From NCBI GenBank assembly GCA_009914755.4, contig CP086569.2:25152001-25216000 (forward strand): 64,000 nt of DNA. Reading direction: 5' to 3'. The notes beneath the pieces were generated by a model. The model did not search any database. It saw only the letters and a list, made by a program, of their open reading frames with translations, and had not been told where the DNA came from. Source of the stretch: the human T2T-CHM13v2.0 reference genome, Homo sapiens. Each line of letters opens with the position of its first letter. The first letter of the stretch is position 1. Both the position numbers and the translations under genes were made by a program. Positions 28,488 through 41,058 of the stretch are shown here, piece by piece.

Positions 28488-28815
28488 CTTCTCAGGACAC
28501 TCGAGAGAGGCCGTGGTTTCAGGGCACTTGGGGACATCTGTGGCCACGTTCATGAAGAAGACTAAGCCTACTTCATCTCAGGACCCGCCCAAGAGTGGCC
28601 GCGGCTTTGGGACACCTGGGGTCGGGTCCACCATGAGGATAAAACCTCCTTCTCTTCTGGACATGTCCAGGAGTGGCCGTTGCTACAAGTCACCTGGTGC
28701 TACGACCAGGGTGAGAATAAAGACGTCTCCTCAGGACCCTCCCAGGAGAGTACATGGCATTGAGACATCTGGCGGCCAAGTGAGGAAAAGACACCCTGTC
28801 TGCAGCACCCAGAAC
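28488..28815. repeat. ~78-bp tandem repeat (~4 imperfect units), GC/CpG-containing
   Basis: Units start tcaggacactcgagagaggccgtggtttcagggcacttggggacatctgtggcc.. / tcaggacccgcccaagagtggccgcggctttgggacacctggggtcgggtcc.. / tctggacatgtccaggagtggccgttgctacaagtcacctggtgctacgacc.. / tcaggaccctcccaggagagtacatggcattgagacatctggcggcc.. Confidence 0.7.
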
Positions 28816-30334
28816 TGAGGAGGGGCACTGCCCTGGGCCTTACTTCCCAGCCCTGGCCTCCAATTCTGACCTTACAAAAGTGTCCCTTGAGTGAGGCAGT
28901 GACCACGCATTGTCACAGCTACCAAAGTGTGGTTTGCAGATGATCTGGGCTTGTTTCTGGCGGAGATTCTGGTACAGAGAAAGGAGAGGCGCTGAGTGGA
29001 ACCACGATGGGCTGAGGCCAGGGGAGACATCGCAACCTCCAACAACACTTTTTTTCATGCTTTAATAACTCATTTTTCTTAGAGAACTAAAGTAGTTGAA
29101 ACAATATAGAAACATTTTTTAAGTAGGCATATTAGAACTTGAATTATTATGTAAGTTTAAATATATGATATATGCCTGGTTAGCAACATTTTTTCTTTTC
29201 CTGAGACAGTCACAGTTTAACTGAGAGTGCATTTGTAATGGTAATGTAAATGTCTGCTTTATACATATTGACATCCTACATTAGCTGAGATATACTAACA
29301 ATATCAAACTTTGATATTATGCCATAAAATTAGTTGAAGAATTCTGATCCAGATATGAGTGACAAATGGTCCATGACACATCCCTACTCAGGAGATCCTG
29401 AGAACATGTGCCCCAGGTGGTATGTTCACAGCCTACATTTATGCATTTTAGAGAGACCTGAGACATCAATCAAACACATGTAAGATGTACATTGGTTTGG
29501 TCCAGGAAGGATGGACAACTTGAAAATAGTGATGGTGTGGGGCTGGGCTTTCAAGTTACAGGTAGATATAAATATGTTTTAATTGGCAGTTGGCTGAAAG
29601 AGTTAAATTATTATCTAAAAACATAAAATCAATAGACAGGAATGACTGGGTTACAATAAATAATAAGGGCTGTAGAGACCAAAGTTTTATTATGATGATG
29701 AAGCCTCCATGTAGCAGGCTCGAGAAAATAGGTGGTAAATATTCCTTATCAGATTTAAGGTATGTGTTGCTGTTAGTGGTGGTCAGCTTTTTCTAAAGTT
29801 CAAAAGGGAATAGTATGTAATGAAGCATGTGTGTCCCTCTTTCTTGTCAGGAAGTGAAGCAATTTTGGAATGCTCTTGATCAAAAGGAGGGGTCCATTCA
29901 GATGGCTGTGGTTGGCGGGGGGACAGGAGAGTTAATTTTTTTTAACAAGTGTTTCATTTCTGTTTACAAAAGTATAACCTATTAAAGTGTTATAAATTAT
30001 AATTATCTAAGAGAAAAAAGGGATTTCTTAAATCTAAAAACATAGAAAATAACCTAACCCATCAAACCTTATGGATTTTTTTTTCTTTCTGTTTTTAAAG
30101 TTGCCAAGGATGCTTTGCTTGTAAGTCATATATTTGACCTGTTGACCATCTGGGTATAGTTCTGTTGCTTCTTCAAAAATTGTACCCAGCAACCTTCCAA
30201 AAGTGTTTTTAAGTAAATTTCTTAAATTGTAGCAATAAACAAAATGAAAAGACAATATTAAACATTACTGAGGTTTATCAAAGGACATACAAAATTTCAA
30301 CTCTTATTCCTTTCCTTCTTCTTCTCCTTTTATT

Positions 30335-30595
30335 TTTATTTTGAGACAGGGTCTCATTCTTTTTCCCAGCCTGGAGTGCAGAAGTGCTATGATGGCTCAC
30401 TGCAGCCTCTAACTGCTGAGCTCAACTGATCTTCTGCCTTAGCTTCAGTTATCATATCTGGCTAACTTTTTGTATTTTTTGAGAGAGACAAAGACTTGCC
30501 ATGTTGCCTGGACCTGTCTTAAATGCCTGGACTCACATTATCTGCCTGCCTTGGCCTCCAAAAGTGCTGAGATTACAGGCATTAATATAACATTT
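30335..30595 (-). mobile_element. Alu element, old (AluJ-like)
   Basis: ttttgagacagggtctcattctttttcccagcctggagtgcagaagtgctatgatggctcactgcagcctc.. to ..ccttggcctccaaaagtgctgagattacaggcat. Confidence 0.8.
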
Positions 30596-30861
30596 ATGTT
30601 AGGGTTAGATAAAAATCAATCTTTTGGCTAAGTTATGAACATGCATATTATGCAATTATATATGTCTAATTTTCATCATTTTCTATGTCAACATTACTCA
30701 TTTTAAAGTCATATTCAAGGGGTAAGGCAAAACCGCCTATGAATTGGCATATTTGTTTATTTCTCTGTTTGTGAAAATGTCCATAGTTTTTTCAGAATAC
30801 AAATAAATTTCAACTCTGTTATGCAAAAAAACAGAATAGAATCTTCTTTGCAATTAATTTT

Positions 30862-31596
30862 TTTCTTTTATTACTATACTTTAAGTTTTAGGGTACATGT
30901 GCACATTGTGCAGGTTAGTTACATATGTATACATGTGCCATGCTGGTGCGCTGCACCCACTAACTCATCATCTAGCATTAGATATATCTCCCAGTGCTAT
31001 CCCTCCCCCCTCCCCCCACCCCACAACAGTCCCCAGAGTGTGATGTTCCCCTTCCTGTGTCCATGTGATCTCATTGTTCAATTCCGACCTATGAGTGAGA
31101 ATATGCGGTGTTGGGTTTTTTGTTCTTGTGATAGTTTACTGAGAACAATGATTTCCAATTTCATCCATGTCCCTACAAAGGACATGAACTCATCATTTCT
31201 TATGGCTGTATAGTATTCCATGGTGTATATGTGCCACATTTCCTTAATCCAGTCTATCATTGTTGGATATTTGGGTTGGTTCCAAGTCTTTGCTATTGTG
31301 AATAATGCCGCAATAAACATATGTGTGCATGTGTCTTTATAGCAGCATGATTTATAGTCCTTTGGGTATATACCCAGTAATGGGATGGCTGGGTCAAATG
31401 GTATTTCTAGTTCTAGATCCCTGAGGAATCGCCACGCTGACTTCCACAATGGTTGAACTAGTTCACAGTCCCACCAACAGTGTAAAAGTGTTCCTATTTC
31501 TCCACATCCTCTCCAGCACCTGTTGTTTCCTGACTTTTCAATGATTGCCATTCTAACTGGTGTGAGATGGTATCTCATTGTGGTTTTGATTTCTGC
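30862..31596 (-). mobile_element. Young LINE-1 (L1PA2/3-like) 5'-truncated insertion (~735 bp of the 3' end) with target-site duplication
   Basis: Reverse complement of the L1 3' end (cttttattactatactttaagttttagggtacatgtgcacattgtgcaggttagttacatatg..) is very close to young L1 consensus. It ends abruptly at ..ggttttgatttc. Flanks tgcaattaatttt (30848-30861) and tgcgattaatttta (31597-31610) form a ~13-bp TSD. ORF 31078-31662(-) encodes the ORF2 C-terminus. Confidence 0.92.
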
Positions 31597-32959
31597 GATT
31601 AATTTTATAGTTACCTTGCATACAGGGAATGTGCTGCCTATAAAAAATATGAACTGAACCACAGGCCTTAAACACTAAAAAAAATTTAAGAGTTTATTCT
31701 AATTTATTTTATCCTATAAATCAATTGTATTTATATACAATATAGAAAGTTCACAGCCATCAACAGTTCTACTGCAGTTTCAGGTGAAATGGGAATTTAG
31801 GAATTTCTGTGGAACTGTAGGCGCAGTGAAACATTTAGGTAAAATATGTGTATGCCTTTAGCAGCACTTGTGAAGGGACGTCTCTCAAATTAAACTCAAT
31901 GCATTTCTTCTCAGCAAAATGACCTGGGCCACTCTCCCTGGCTTTCACTGTTGTTGATGTTCATGCATGTTCTCTTTTTATCATTAATTTATGACTCTGA
32001 AGATATCCATTTGACGTCGTGGCATGAGGGCTTTCAAAACCACTGTAGATTTTCTACTCTTCATCCATTATGTACTTAAGTATTTCTACTTTGACTCCCC
32101 AGGAACTTGAGTAGTTTCTGCTTAGCCCATGGACAGTGCAGCCCAGGTCCCAATAAAGCAGCACAGACCCCACTCCAAGGCCACCCCCAACCCCAGCTGC
32201 CTGCTCCTGTGTGTTCAAGGGAAGTTGGAGAACATGCAGCTTGTTGTTTTTACAAATAAAATTGTTGTGTTAATTTCATTTTCATATCATTTATTGCTAG
32301 TGTATACAAATAGATTTTAGTGTATTGATATATATACTGTATGTTTGTTTAATTTGTTTATTAGATTTTATTATTTCTTGTTGATTTCTTATGATTTTCT
32401 GTATATGAGATCATGAGATCCATGAGTAGGTAGTTTTATTTTATTTTTTGACATATGAATGGCTTCATATATATTTTTCTTTTCCAATTATTTCGGATGG
32501 AACTTCTAATACAGTATCAAATGCAATGATGAAAGTGAGCATCAGTGCTGTGTTCTTCATCTTAAAGCTTTTGTTCCCAACAATTCAGACGCTGATTGTT
32601 ATGGGTTTTGTATAAAGACGTGTTATCATGTGAAAGACATTTTAATCACAGTTTATTGGATGTTGTTATCAGTAAACATGTTGACTAACTTTAAGTATTT
32701 TCTGTAACAGTTGAGATATACATGTACTGTTTTCCCAGCATTTAATTTACATGGTATATTGAAGAGGGATGGCTTCAGAATGTTAAAACAAGCCTCAATT
32801 TTCTAGAAAAAAAACGTAATCACATAGGTGCATAATGTCTTCCTCGTGTAGTTAATTCCATGTACTATTATTTGGTTACATAATCTAATGTCTCTAATTA
32901 TCATATTTGTTAACATTTAGTGTTTTGTCCCAGTGACATCATCTGTTTAATTCAATTTT

Positions 32960-34270
32960 CAATTGGAGTTAAGAGGTAAGGTTAAGTGTACTCTTATGGG
33001 CATTAGGGGTTAGAGTCATAGATGATATATTTAAAATTCTTTGAAGGGTGATATGATAATATTAAGAATGGGATAGAAGTTTGGGATTAGGAATAGGGGT
33101 TTACAATTGCAGAAAAAAGTTTAGATTGAGGGTTAGATCTGGGGTTGGGTTAGAGGTCAGTGTTGTGGTAGGATTAGGGTTATGATTAGGATTAGGATTA
33201 GGGACAGGGTTAAAGTTTAGTGTTATGTTTAGGGCTACAGTTAGAATCAAGATTAGATGTTAGTTTTAGGGTCAGGTTATGTTTAGGTTTAGGGTAAGAA
33301 ATAGGCCTACAGTTAGAGGTTGTTGTTAGTGTAGGGTTAGGTTCTGGCTTAACTTCATGGTGAGGGTTAGAGTTAGTGCTTAGGGTGAGAGTTAAGGTGA
33401 CGGTGAGGGTTAGGGTAAGAGGGTTAGTGCATTAGCGTTAGGGTTTGGGTTTAGGGTTTGTGTTAGGATAAGAATAAGGATTCGGTTTAGGGTTTCAGGT
33501 TAGCATTAGGGTTAGTGTTTAGGGTGCAGTGTTATTTTTAGGGTTATTGTTTAGCATTTAGGTTAGGGTTAGGGTCACTTTAGGGTTAGGATGAGGGGTT
33601 AGTGTTTGGCCTAGTGTTAAGCTTTAGGGTTAGCGTTAGGGTGGGTTTAGTTTTAGGGTTAGAGTTCAGGGTTACAGTTGGGATTGGGTTTATTATATGT
33701 GATTATAGTTAGCATTTAAGTTTTAGTGTTAGAGCTATGGTTGCAGTTGCATTTGAGGTTGTGGGTTAGAGTTAGGGTTAGGGTTAGTGTCAGGATTAAG
33801 TTTAGGGATATGGTCAGCGTATTTTTAGAATTAGGGTTGGGGTAGGAATTTGGATTAGGGATGTTGGTTATGTGTTATGCTTATGTTTTTAAGGTTAGAA
33901 TTTTAATTTTCAGGTTAGAGTTAAGGGTGCTTTTAGGGTTAGGTTTGAAGGAGCTTTAGGGGTCAGAGTTAGAGTTAGGGGTTAGGGTTCAGTGTTTAGA
34001 GGTAGTGTTAGAGTTAGGGTTTGGTTTAGTATTTCTGTTAGTGTTTTTCTGAGTGTTATGTTTAAGGGTAGATTTAGGGTTTGGGGTAGATTTAGGGTTA
34101 GGGGTAGGTGTAGGTGTATGTTTAGGGTTATGGGTTGCGGTAGGGTTATATTTATGGATAGGGATATGTTTTGTTAATGGTTCAGGTTGGGTTTATGTGG
34201 AGATTAGGGTTAGGGCTTGAGGGTTATTGTTAGTGTTTTAGTGTTAGTAATAGGGGTTATATTTAGGGTT
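32960..34270 (+). repeat. Degenerate telomere-like (TTAGGG)n array, head-to-tail, G-strand on plus (interstitial/subtelomeric-type telomeric sequence)
   Basis: ~1.3 kb dominated by gggttagggttagggtt and variants (ttagtg, ttagag, ttaggt, tgaggg), e.g. 33541-33620 and 33760-33800. ORFs here encode FRV/GLG-type repeats, a hexamer-repeat artefact. Confidence 0.9.
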
Positions 34271-34344
34271 AGACATCTTTTTCACCCATCTTCACCCGAC
34301 TAATCAGCACTCTCTTTCTGACTTCTGAGGTTCATATGCATTCC

Positions 34345-34410
34345 ATACGTATTTAGATTATTTATTTGTTTATTTGTTTGTTTGTTTATATATGTTTGTT
34401 TATTTATTTA
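34345..34410. repeat. (TTTG/TTTA)n simple repeat (degenerated Alu tail)
   Basis: tttatttgtttatttgtttgtttgtttatatatgtttgtttatttatttatt immediately upstream of a minus-strand Alu. Confidence 0.8.
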
Positions 34411-34692
34411 TTGGAGACGGAGTTTCACTCTTGTTGACGTGACTGGAGTAGTATGGTTTGACCTCAACTCACACAACCTCCGCCTCCCAGGTTGAAGTGA
34501 TTATCCTACCTCAGCTCCTGAGTAGCTGAGATTAAAGGCATCCACCATCACACCTAACTAATTTTGTATTTTTATTAGAGACACGGTTTCTCCATGTTTG
34601 TCAGGCTGGTCTCAAACTTTCAACTGCAAGTGATCCATCTGCCTTGGCCTCCTGAATTGCTGGTATTATCGACAAAAGCCACCATGCCCTGC
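34410..34692 (-). mobile_element. Alu element
   Basis: ggagacggagtttcactcttgttgacgtgactggagtagtatggtttgacctcaactcacacaacctccgcctcccaggttgaagtgattatcctacctcagc.. to ..gaattgctggtattatcgacaaaagccaccatgccctgc. Confidence 0.8.
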
Positions 34693-36887
34693 ATCAGACT
34701 TTGAAATAACCTGACTTAAAGTGGATCTACCAACAATGTGCCACCTCTTCACTGTGAGTTGTACACTTCTTGGGATTGCACGGCTGCAAATGGATATGTC
34801 TTCTCCAAACTTAAAGCTGCAGATACATCTCAACAACCTTCCTGCAGATAGACGCTACCCACTCTGAAACTTCTCTCCACTGAAGCCTTCAGTGATGTTT
34901 TAACAACCTGCTTCTTCATCTTGTCTCTCTTGGCCCTGTCTTCACTGAGTGTTGCAGAGATGCAGGTATTTCCTGTTTTTGAAATGGACTTACCCACTTT
35001 CTGTCTCCTGAAAGCTGCGCCATCACTCAATAAAGCATCTATTTACCCTAATTATTCTCCTGTTTTCCACATACATAATTCTCCCTGGATATGCATCAAG
35101 AATTCAAGACCCACTTAATGGAGAACCTGAAGATTAGTAACAGAAACAAGGCTGAAACACAGAAACCCACACTTAACATCAACACAGATTCTATTCCTTG
35201 TGCTGAGATTCAGATTTTTTTCGGCACACCACACTCTCTCATTGACCTGTTTTAACTTCATCTTTAACTTTACAGTAAATAAGGGCATTACTTTTCTCTA
35301 GCACAACTGAATTATATGAGGCAAAGTCCTTAATTTGAGTCATAACCACTTGGGGGAAAAGTTGCAGTCCAAGACACCTGAGAGACCAGGTCTCTGGCAC
35401 ATGCCTCCCATGCTTTCAGCTTTCTCCCACCAATCAACATTACATTGGCCTATGCTTCACCCATCATCTTGGGAAATTTAATGGTAAAACAGCAACCTGG
35501 ACTCTGTCCAAAGGTCATAGAAGCAGTTTAAAACCAAGCCTTTTTGTTAGCCTAAACCAAATCACAAAGAGGAAGTATGGATGCATCTAGTCAAATGGCT
35601 GGGCTATTGGCTGATACAACAATAGGCTTCTTAAACTGAATGAAACTATTCACAATGTTCTTTACAGTATCCACTCTTACAATGCTTTCTCTGTTTCTGT
35701 CATTTCTTAAATGCAAACAAAATCAAGACCTCAGCAAGGGACGCAGCCATCTGCACTAGGCAGCATAAGCTTCCTGTCATCTGCAGCAGCCCTATACAGA
35801 GCATTCTTGATTTTTTTTCATTACTTCAATATTTAGTGAGTTGTTCTCTGTCAATCTCATTGATAGCACTTTCTGGGTAAAGCCATCATTTTCCCTCACC
35901 AAAATGTTTCTGAGTCTACTGGCACTTTCTATTAGCCTTATGGTTAAATACATCCTTTTGATAAAAGGCTGGTCTTTTTCATCATCAATAATCTCTCTTT
36001 TCCCCCCTCTCATGCTTGGAACAAATGTATGGATTTTTTTTCTTCCATTGGCTGTTTATGGAATTGCTAATACCAGTGTACCTTCCTTGTTAGCTGAGCC
36101 CGTAACCATGGAAGCAGTAACCGAGCCAGACCCCTGAGACATTAGTGGGTGTATCTTGCACCTGTTCTCTCCTCCAGTCTGTTCTGCATCAGGATATTTA
36201 TCTTTACCTTAATCTTTGTTTATTTGTACTGCTGTTCGGTGTCCTTTCATTTTACCCTGGAATAATACATAAGGCATTTATTAAATGGTTGTCTACTGGC
36301 AAAAGAATGTGGCTTTTATTTGGGAATTTCATAATTTCTCCCTCATTTTTGATGGACACTTTGTTTAAACATAACATTTGTTTGAATTTTTTTTTCTTAG
36401 TGCATTTGGAATATATGAGTCTACCCTGAGTTTTCAGATAAGAAATTCCCTGATTATTTATGAGGGGTTCTTTCATACATTACTGGTCAAAATTTCTTTG
36501 GCTGCTTTCAAGATTCTCTTTGTCTTTATTTTAGACAGTTTAACTATCATGTATGTTTGAATGTGCCTCTTTGAGTTTATTTTACTTGGAGTTTGTTCAG
36601 TTTCTTCGGTATTTATTATCTTAAATTTGTGACAGGTTTGACCACATTTTTTTAGTTTCCCTATTTCTTTGTTTCTTTTCCTTGAACTTCCAAAATGGAT
36701 AAGTGGGTCTGCTTGATGGTGTCACACTGGTTTCTAGACTGTTTTCACATTTATTTATTTATTTTTTCTCTTCCTGACTTAATAATTTCAATTGCCCCTT
36801 TTATTCAATTTGGTGACATTTTCTTCTGTATGCTCAAGTCTCCTTTTAAATGTGTGTAGTACTTATTTAGTTAGTTATTTATACAAT

Positions 36888-37158
36888 TTTTTTTGAGATG
36901 GAGTCTTGCTTTGTCACCAGGCTGGAGTACAGTGCACAATCTTGGCTCACTGCAACCTCTGCCTCTCGGGTTCAACTGATTCTCCTGCCTCAGTCTCTTG
37001 AGTAGCTGGAACTATAGATATGTGTCACCACACCCAGCTAATTTGTGTGTTTTTAGTAAAGATGGGGTTTCATCATGTTGGCTTGGATAGTCACAACTTC
37101 TTGACCTTATGATCTGTACCTTGGCATCCCAAAGTGCTGGAATTGCAGGCCTCTAGTC
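36888..37158 (-). mobile_element. Alu element (older)
   Basis: ttttttttgagatggagtcttgctttgtcaccaggctggagtacagtgcacaatcttggctcactgcaacctctgcctctcgggttcaactgattctcctgcctcag.. to ..caaagtgctggaattgcaggcctc. Confidence 0.8.
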
Positions 37159-38599
37159 AATTTTAATGTCAATTGTTTTACTTTTCATCTCCAGAATATT
37201 TTTTTTTCTGAGAGCCACTGGAACTGGCCCAGAATTTTTTTTTTTAATGTTTGAAAATAAGTTGTCATGCTTTTCCAAGAAACTGTATTATTTTAGTTTC
37301 AATCCCTGTTTCTTTGAACCTAAAGTAAGACTTGCATAGAAATCACGAGTGAATTGTTCTTTTAAAGGTGCATTTGTGCCAGTCTGTGTGTTTTTATGTA
37401 AGAGCTCACATTTAAAGTTATTACAAGTAAAAAATTACTCTGACATTTTACTTTTTTTCTATATGTTCTTTATTTTATTGGATCCTCAATTTCTCCTTTG
37501 TCCATTAAAAATGTTAACTTTTTAAAACTTTTTTCTGTATTTTTATGTTATAATTCATTATATTTGGGACTTTAATTGTATTCTAAACTTAATAGAGCCT
37601 TCTTTGAATAATATTAACTTATTTGAATAATCTAAATTTTAATTTCAACAATATAAATATATGCTGCTCTTATACTTTTCTTTCTCAATTTATATTATTG
37701 TCTCAGATTTTATCTGCACACACTGAGTGTCCATTAAAGTAAATTTGTAATTTTTTATGTAATAGCTGCCTACCAGAGCTGTAATAGTAATAGCTAACTT
37801 TGCCAGAATTGTAATAGTAATAGCATTTCTTTTTTTTTTAGAGAAAGGTTAACCACACATTGAATACATTCCATTAGCATTATGAATAAGAGTGATATAT
37901 AAACTATTATTTTTTAAATACTGGATCTGTATTAACAAATCTGTTATATTGTCTATTGTAGGAAATAACTGTATTCTTTGCTTTCAACAACTTAAAATTT
38001 TGTTTGTGACCAATTCCTGGCATTTTCAACCAAGAGTGACTTCTGAGTTTGGCAAAACAGTAATAAATATGTTTCATCAATTGTTTATTTATCTTCTAGA
38101 AAGACTAGAACAAACACAATAAATTAACACACAAGTGCTTCTTCACTCCTCCCAGAATTAGGAACCAGGGTTTAAAATGGAAAATGTGGATTTCAATTTT
38201 GAAGGCTTCATCTGTGCCTGGGAGGCAGTATGGCAATCCAAAAAAAATTTACTACTTTAAAATTGTCTCTTTGGATGGATTCCTTGGTTGATACAAACAA
38301 TTGATTTACAGGGTTCAGACAGTGTTTGATTGGTGTGATGTTTCTTTGAATGGTTCAAAGCTGCCAGGCCTGCAGTTTTGCCTGCGTTTTTATTTGGGAA
38401 GCACTGATTGTTTTGTAATCTCAGAGTTTATTTTTATTTAGGAGATCTATGTTTTTGTCCCATGAAAATGTTGTTTAAAACACTTAAATTGAAAGTTACA
38501 CTTTTAATTTATGTTTCCAGTTGTTAGGTTTTTGTTTTAGTGGTTACGGTATGAAGTTTGTTGTTTGCTTTCTATTGATTGATATTATCAATTTAGTAT

Positions 38600-38740
38600 A
38601 AAGGGCAAGGGGCAATATTCTCTTATGTAGTACATCTTGGTTTTATGTAAAACATGTATATATGTAACAAACCTGCACGTTGTGCACATGTACCCGAAAA
38701 CTTAAAGTATAATAAAAAATAAAAACAAACAAAAAGTATA
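38600..38740 (+). mobile_element. Very short L1 3'-end insertion (3'UTR terminus + A-rich tail)
   Basis: catgtatatatgtaacaaacctgcacgttgtgcacatgtacccgaaaacttaaagtataataaaaaataaaaacaaacaaaaag matches the L1 3' terminal ~80 nt in sense orientation. Confidence 0.75.
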
Positions 38741-39352
38741 AAATAATTTGTTTCCAAAGTGACTTTCAAGTACATATCTAAATAAAACAATAAGGGAATA
38801 ATTATGTAAGCATGCAGCAAGATCTACAAGTGTGATGATCTCTGGCAGAAGCCTGTATAAACAGTTTGAAAAACGACCAGGTCACTGTGGATGGAGCAGA
38901 CTGTGGAAGGAAAACGATTGCAGACAATGAGCTCATGGGGGTAACACAAAGTCCATGTGATTGTCTAGGGTTTCTACAGGTCAGTAGATTTTACTTGAGT
39001 TTTACTCTAAGCCAAGTTCATGACTGGAAGTGGAATTGGTAAGGTTGTTACTAGCATCTAGTGCCAAGAGGCTAGAAATGCTGTTGAATATCTTAAAATC
39101 TACTGTCAGGCACCTTTGAGCAATTAACAGTATTGAACCATCTCTCCAGAAAATTGTAAACAAAAAAATAGGAGCACACTTTTAGAACAATTTGATTTTG
39201 TATATTCACAGTCACTTAACTCAAAATCCCTGGTTTCTGTAAATCGGAAGGATTTTAAGAAGCTCTTTTAAAGTTCAGTTGATTCAAGTTAGGGTAAGCG
39301 TTAGTAAAGTAAAGTCAGTTCAGTTAATCAATAATTAGAAATTAAACTATAG

Positions 39353-39680
39353 GCCGGGTGCGGTGGCTCACGCCTGTAATCCCAGCACTTTGGGAGGCCA
39401 AGGCTGTCCAATCACCAGGTCAGGAGATGGGGACCATCCAGGCTAACTTGGTGAAACCCCGTCTCTACTAAAAATACAAAAAAAAAAAAAGAAAGAAAAA
39501 AAATTAGCGGGACATGGTGGCGGGAGCCAGTAGTCCCAGCTCCTCCGGAAGCTGAGGCAGAATGGCGTGAACACCCGGGAGGCAGAGTTTGCAGCAAGCT
39601 GAGATCGCGCCACTGCACTCCAGCCTGGGCAACAGAGCGAGACTCCGTTTCCAAAAAAACAAATAAAAACAAAAAGGTAA
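39353..39680 (+). mobile_element. Alu element (AluS/Y-like), full length
   Basis: ggccgggtgcggtggctcacgcctgtaatcccagcactttgggaggccaaggc..ggtgaaaccccgtctctactaaaaatacaaaaaaaaaa..gcgggacatggtggcgggagcc..gagatcgcgccactgcactccagcctgggcaacagagcgagactccgtttccaaaaaaa. Confidence 0.92.
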
Positions 39681-40931
39681 ACTAAATATTTCCTTTTTCT
39701 CCCCTTTTCTTTTCCATTATTTTTAAATATTTATGTAAAACGCTAATATAGCAAAATAAAACCCTAGGCACACTCTATTTTTGAGATACCATGGAGAAAA
39801 CTGAATCAAAGCCTTTTGGGATAGAGCTAATCCGGAATACGACTGGAAGGCATACAGAATACAGATGCACACATGTGCATTGGTACACTACATTATGCAT
39901 ACCCATCGAGCGTAATGATTGCCATAAGACAAATATTAAATGTCTCTTATGACAGAAAAGTTGTGAAGATTTTACAATAACCAAGCCAAATGAAAACCAA
40001 GATTTCAAGGATTATAGCCAGGGCTAGATAATTCTAGGTGTTGAGTAGAATGAATACTCAAGCATCTTCTAGGGGAGGCCATCACTGTTGCCATAACCAG
40101 CGCAGGGATTATCTCTACAGACACAGGTGGAAGGGCTCATGGCAGCATGAACTTCGTTTTTCCTGGATGCAGGAAAATAATATGAGATCACCTGAATGGC
40201 AGGGCTGAATGACCTGGAACACAAACGGGTAGAAAACATTCCCCTTGCTTATCACATTGTGGTAGACAAAAATAAAACGAGAGCTGTGGCCCTTCAGGGC
40301 GCACAGACCAGGGAGCTCTCAAAGCCAGGGAGGGCTGTCACACCTTCCTTGGGGCTTTGCCTTTTCTGGCATCTCCAAGCTTCTGGGCATCACTACATTC
40401 CCCAGTATCAGCTGTGGAGGCTGCTTGCAGTAGGCCTGGCCCAGTTGCAGCTTTTCAGTGATCTAGCAGTTCTGTTGGCACCTAAAACTTCCTGACCTGA
40501 CACAGCTGGCATGACTGACCATGTCTAGAGGCTGGAAGCCACACTTGCTCATACACCTCTCACCACTCATCCATGTTTGCCCTTGGCAGGTGATAACTCC
40601 AGTAACTCCAGCTGGGTGTAGCCTGCCAGGTAGTGTGGGTAGAACAAATTTAGCAGGCTTGATTAAAGCTCAGGGAAAGGCCCCACTGGCCACAGAGGAT
40701 TTCATCTGACAAAGTGACTCCCCTAAAATCCCATTGCAAAAGCAGCATAGCTGGTTGTGTTTAAATGACTTACTTCTTTTAGTTCTTGAAATACTGAAAA
40801 TTCAGTGTCCTACATTTTGGATTTTTTTAACCTTATTTGGAAATGATTATATTTCAAAATTTTTACAAAATCAAATTTGAAAGATTATTATTTGCATTGA
40901 ACCACCTGATCCATCTTATGTACACTGCATT

Positions 40932-41058
40932 TTTTTTTTAAAGATGGACTTTCACTTTTGTAGTCCATGCTGGAGTGCAATGGCATGGTCTCAGCTCAGT
41001 GCACCTCTGCCTCCCAAGCAGCTGGGATTACAGGCACCCACCATGGTGCCTAGCATGG
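40932..41058 (-). mobile_element. Alu fragment
   Basis: tttttttttaaagatggactttcacttttgtagtccatgctggagtgcaatggcatggtctcagctcagtgcacctctgcctcccaagcagctgggattacaggcacccaccatggtgcctagc. Confidence 0.65.

Noticed and set aside
28488-28815. Tandem repeats considered as a possible CRISPR-like array
   Set aside because: The units are contiguous, with no unique spacers between them, and the context is eukaryotic. This is a minisatellite. No cas-like genes or any prokaryotic gene organisation exist anywhere in the window.
33992-34177. ORF encoding FRV/GRFRVRGR-type repeats
   Set aside because: It is a translation of degenerate TTAGGG hexamers. The periodic amino-acid pattern reflects the hexamer repeat, not a protein.
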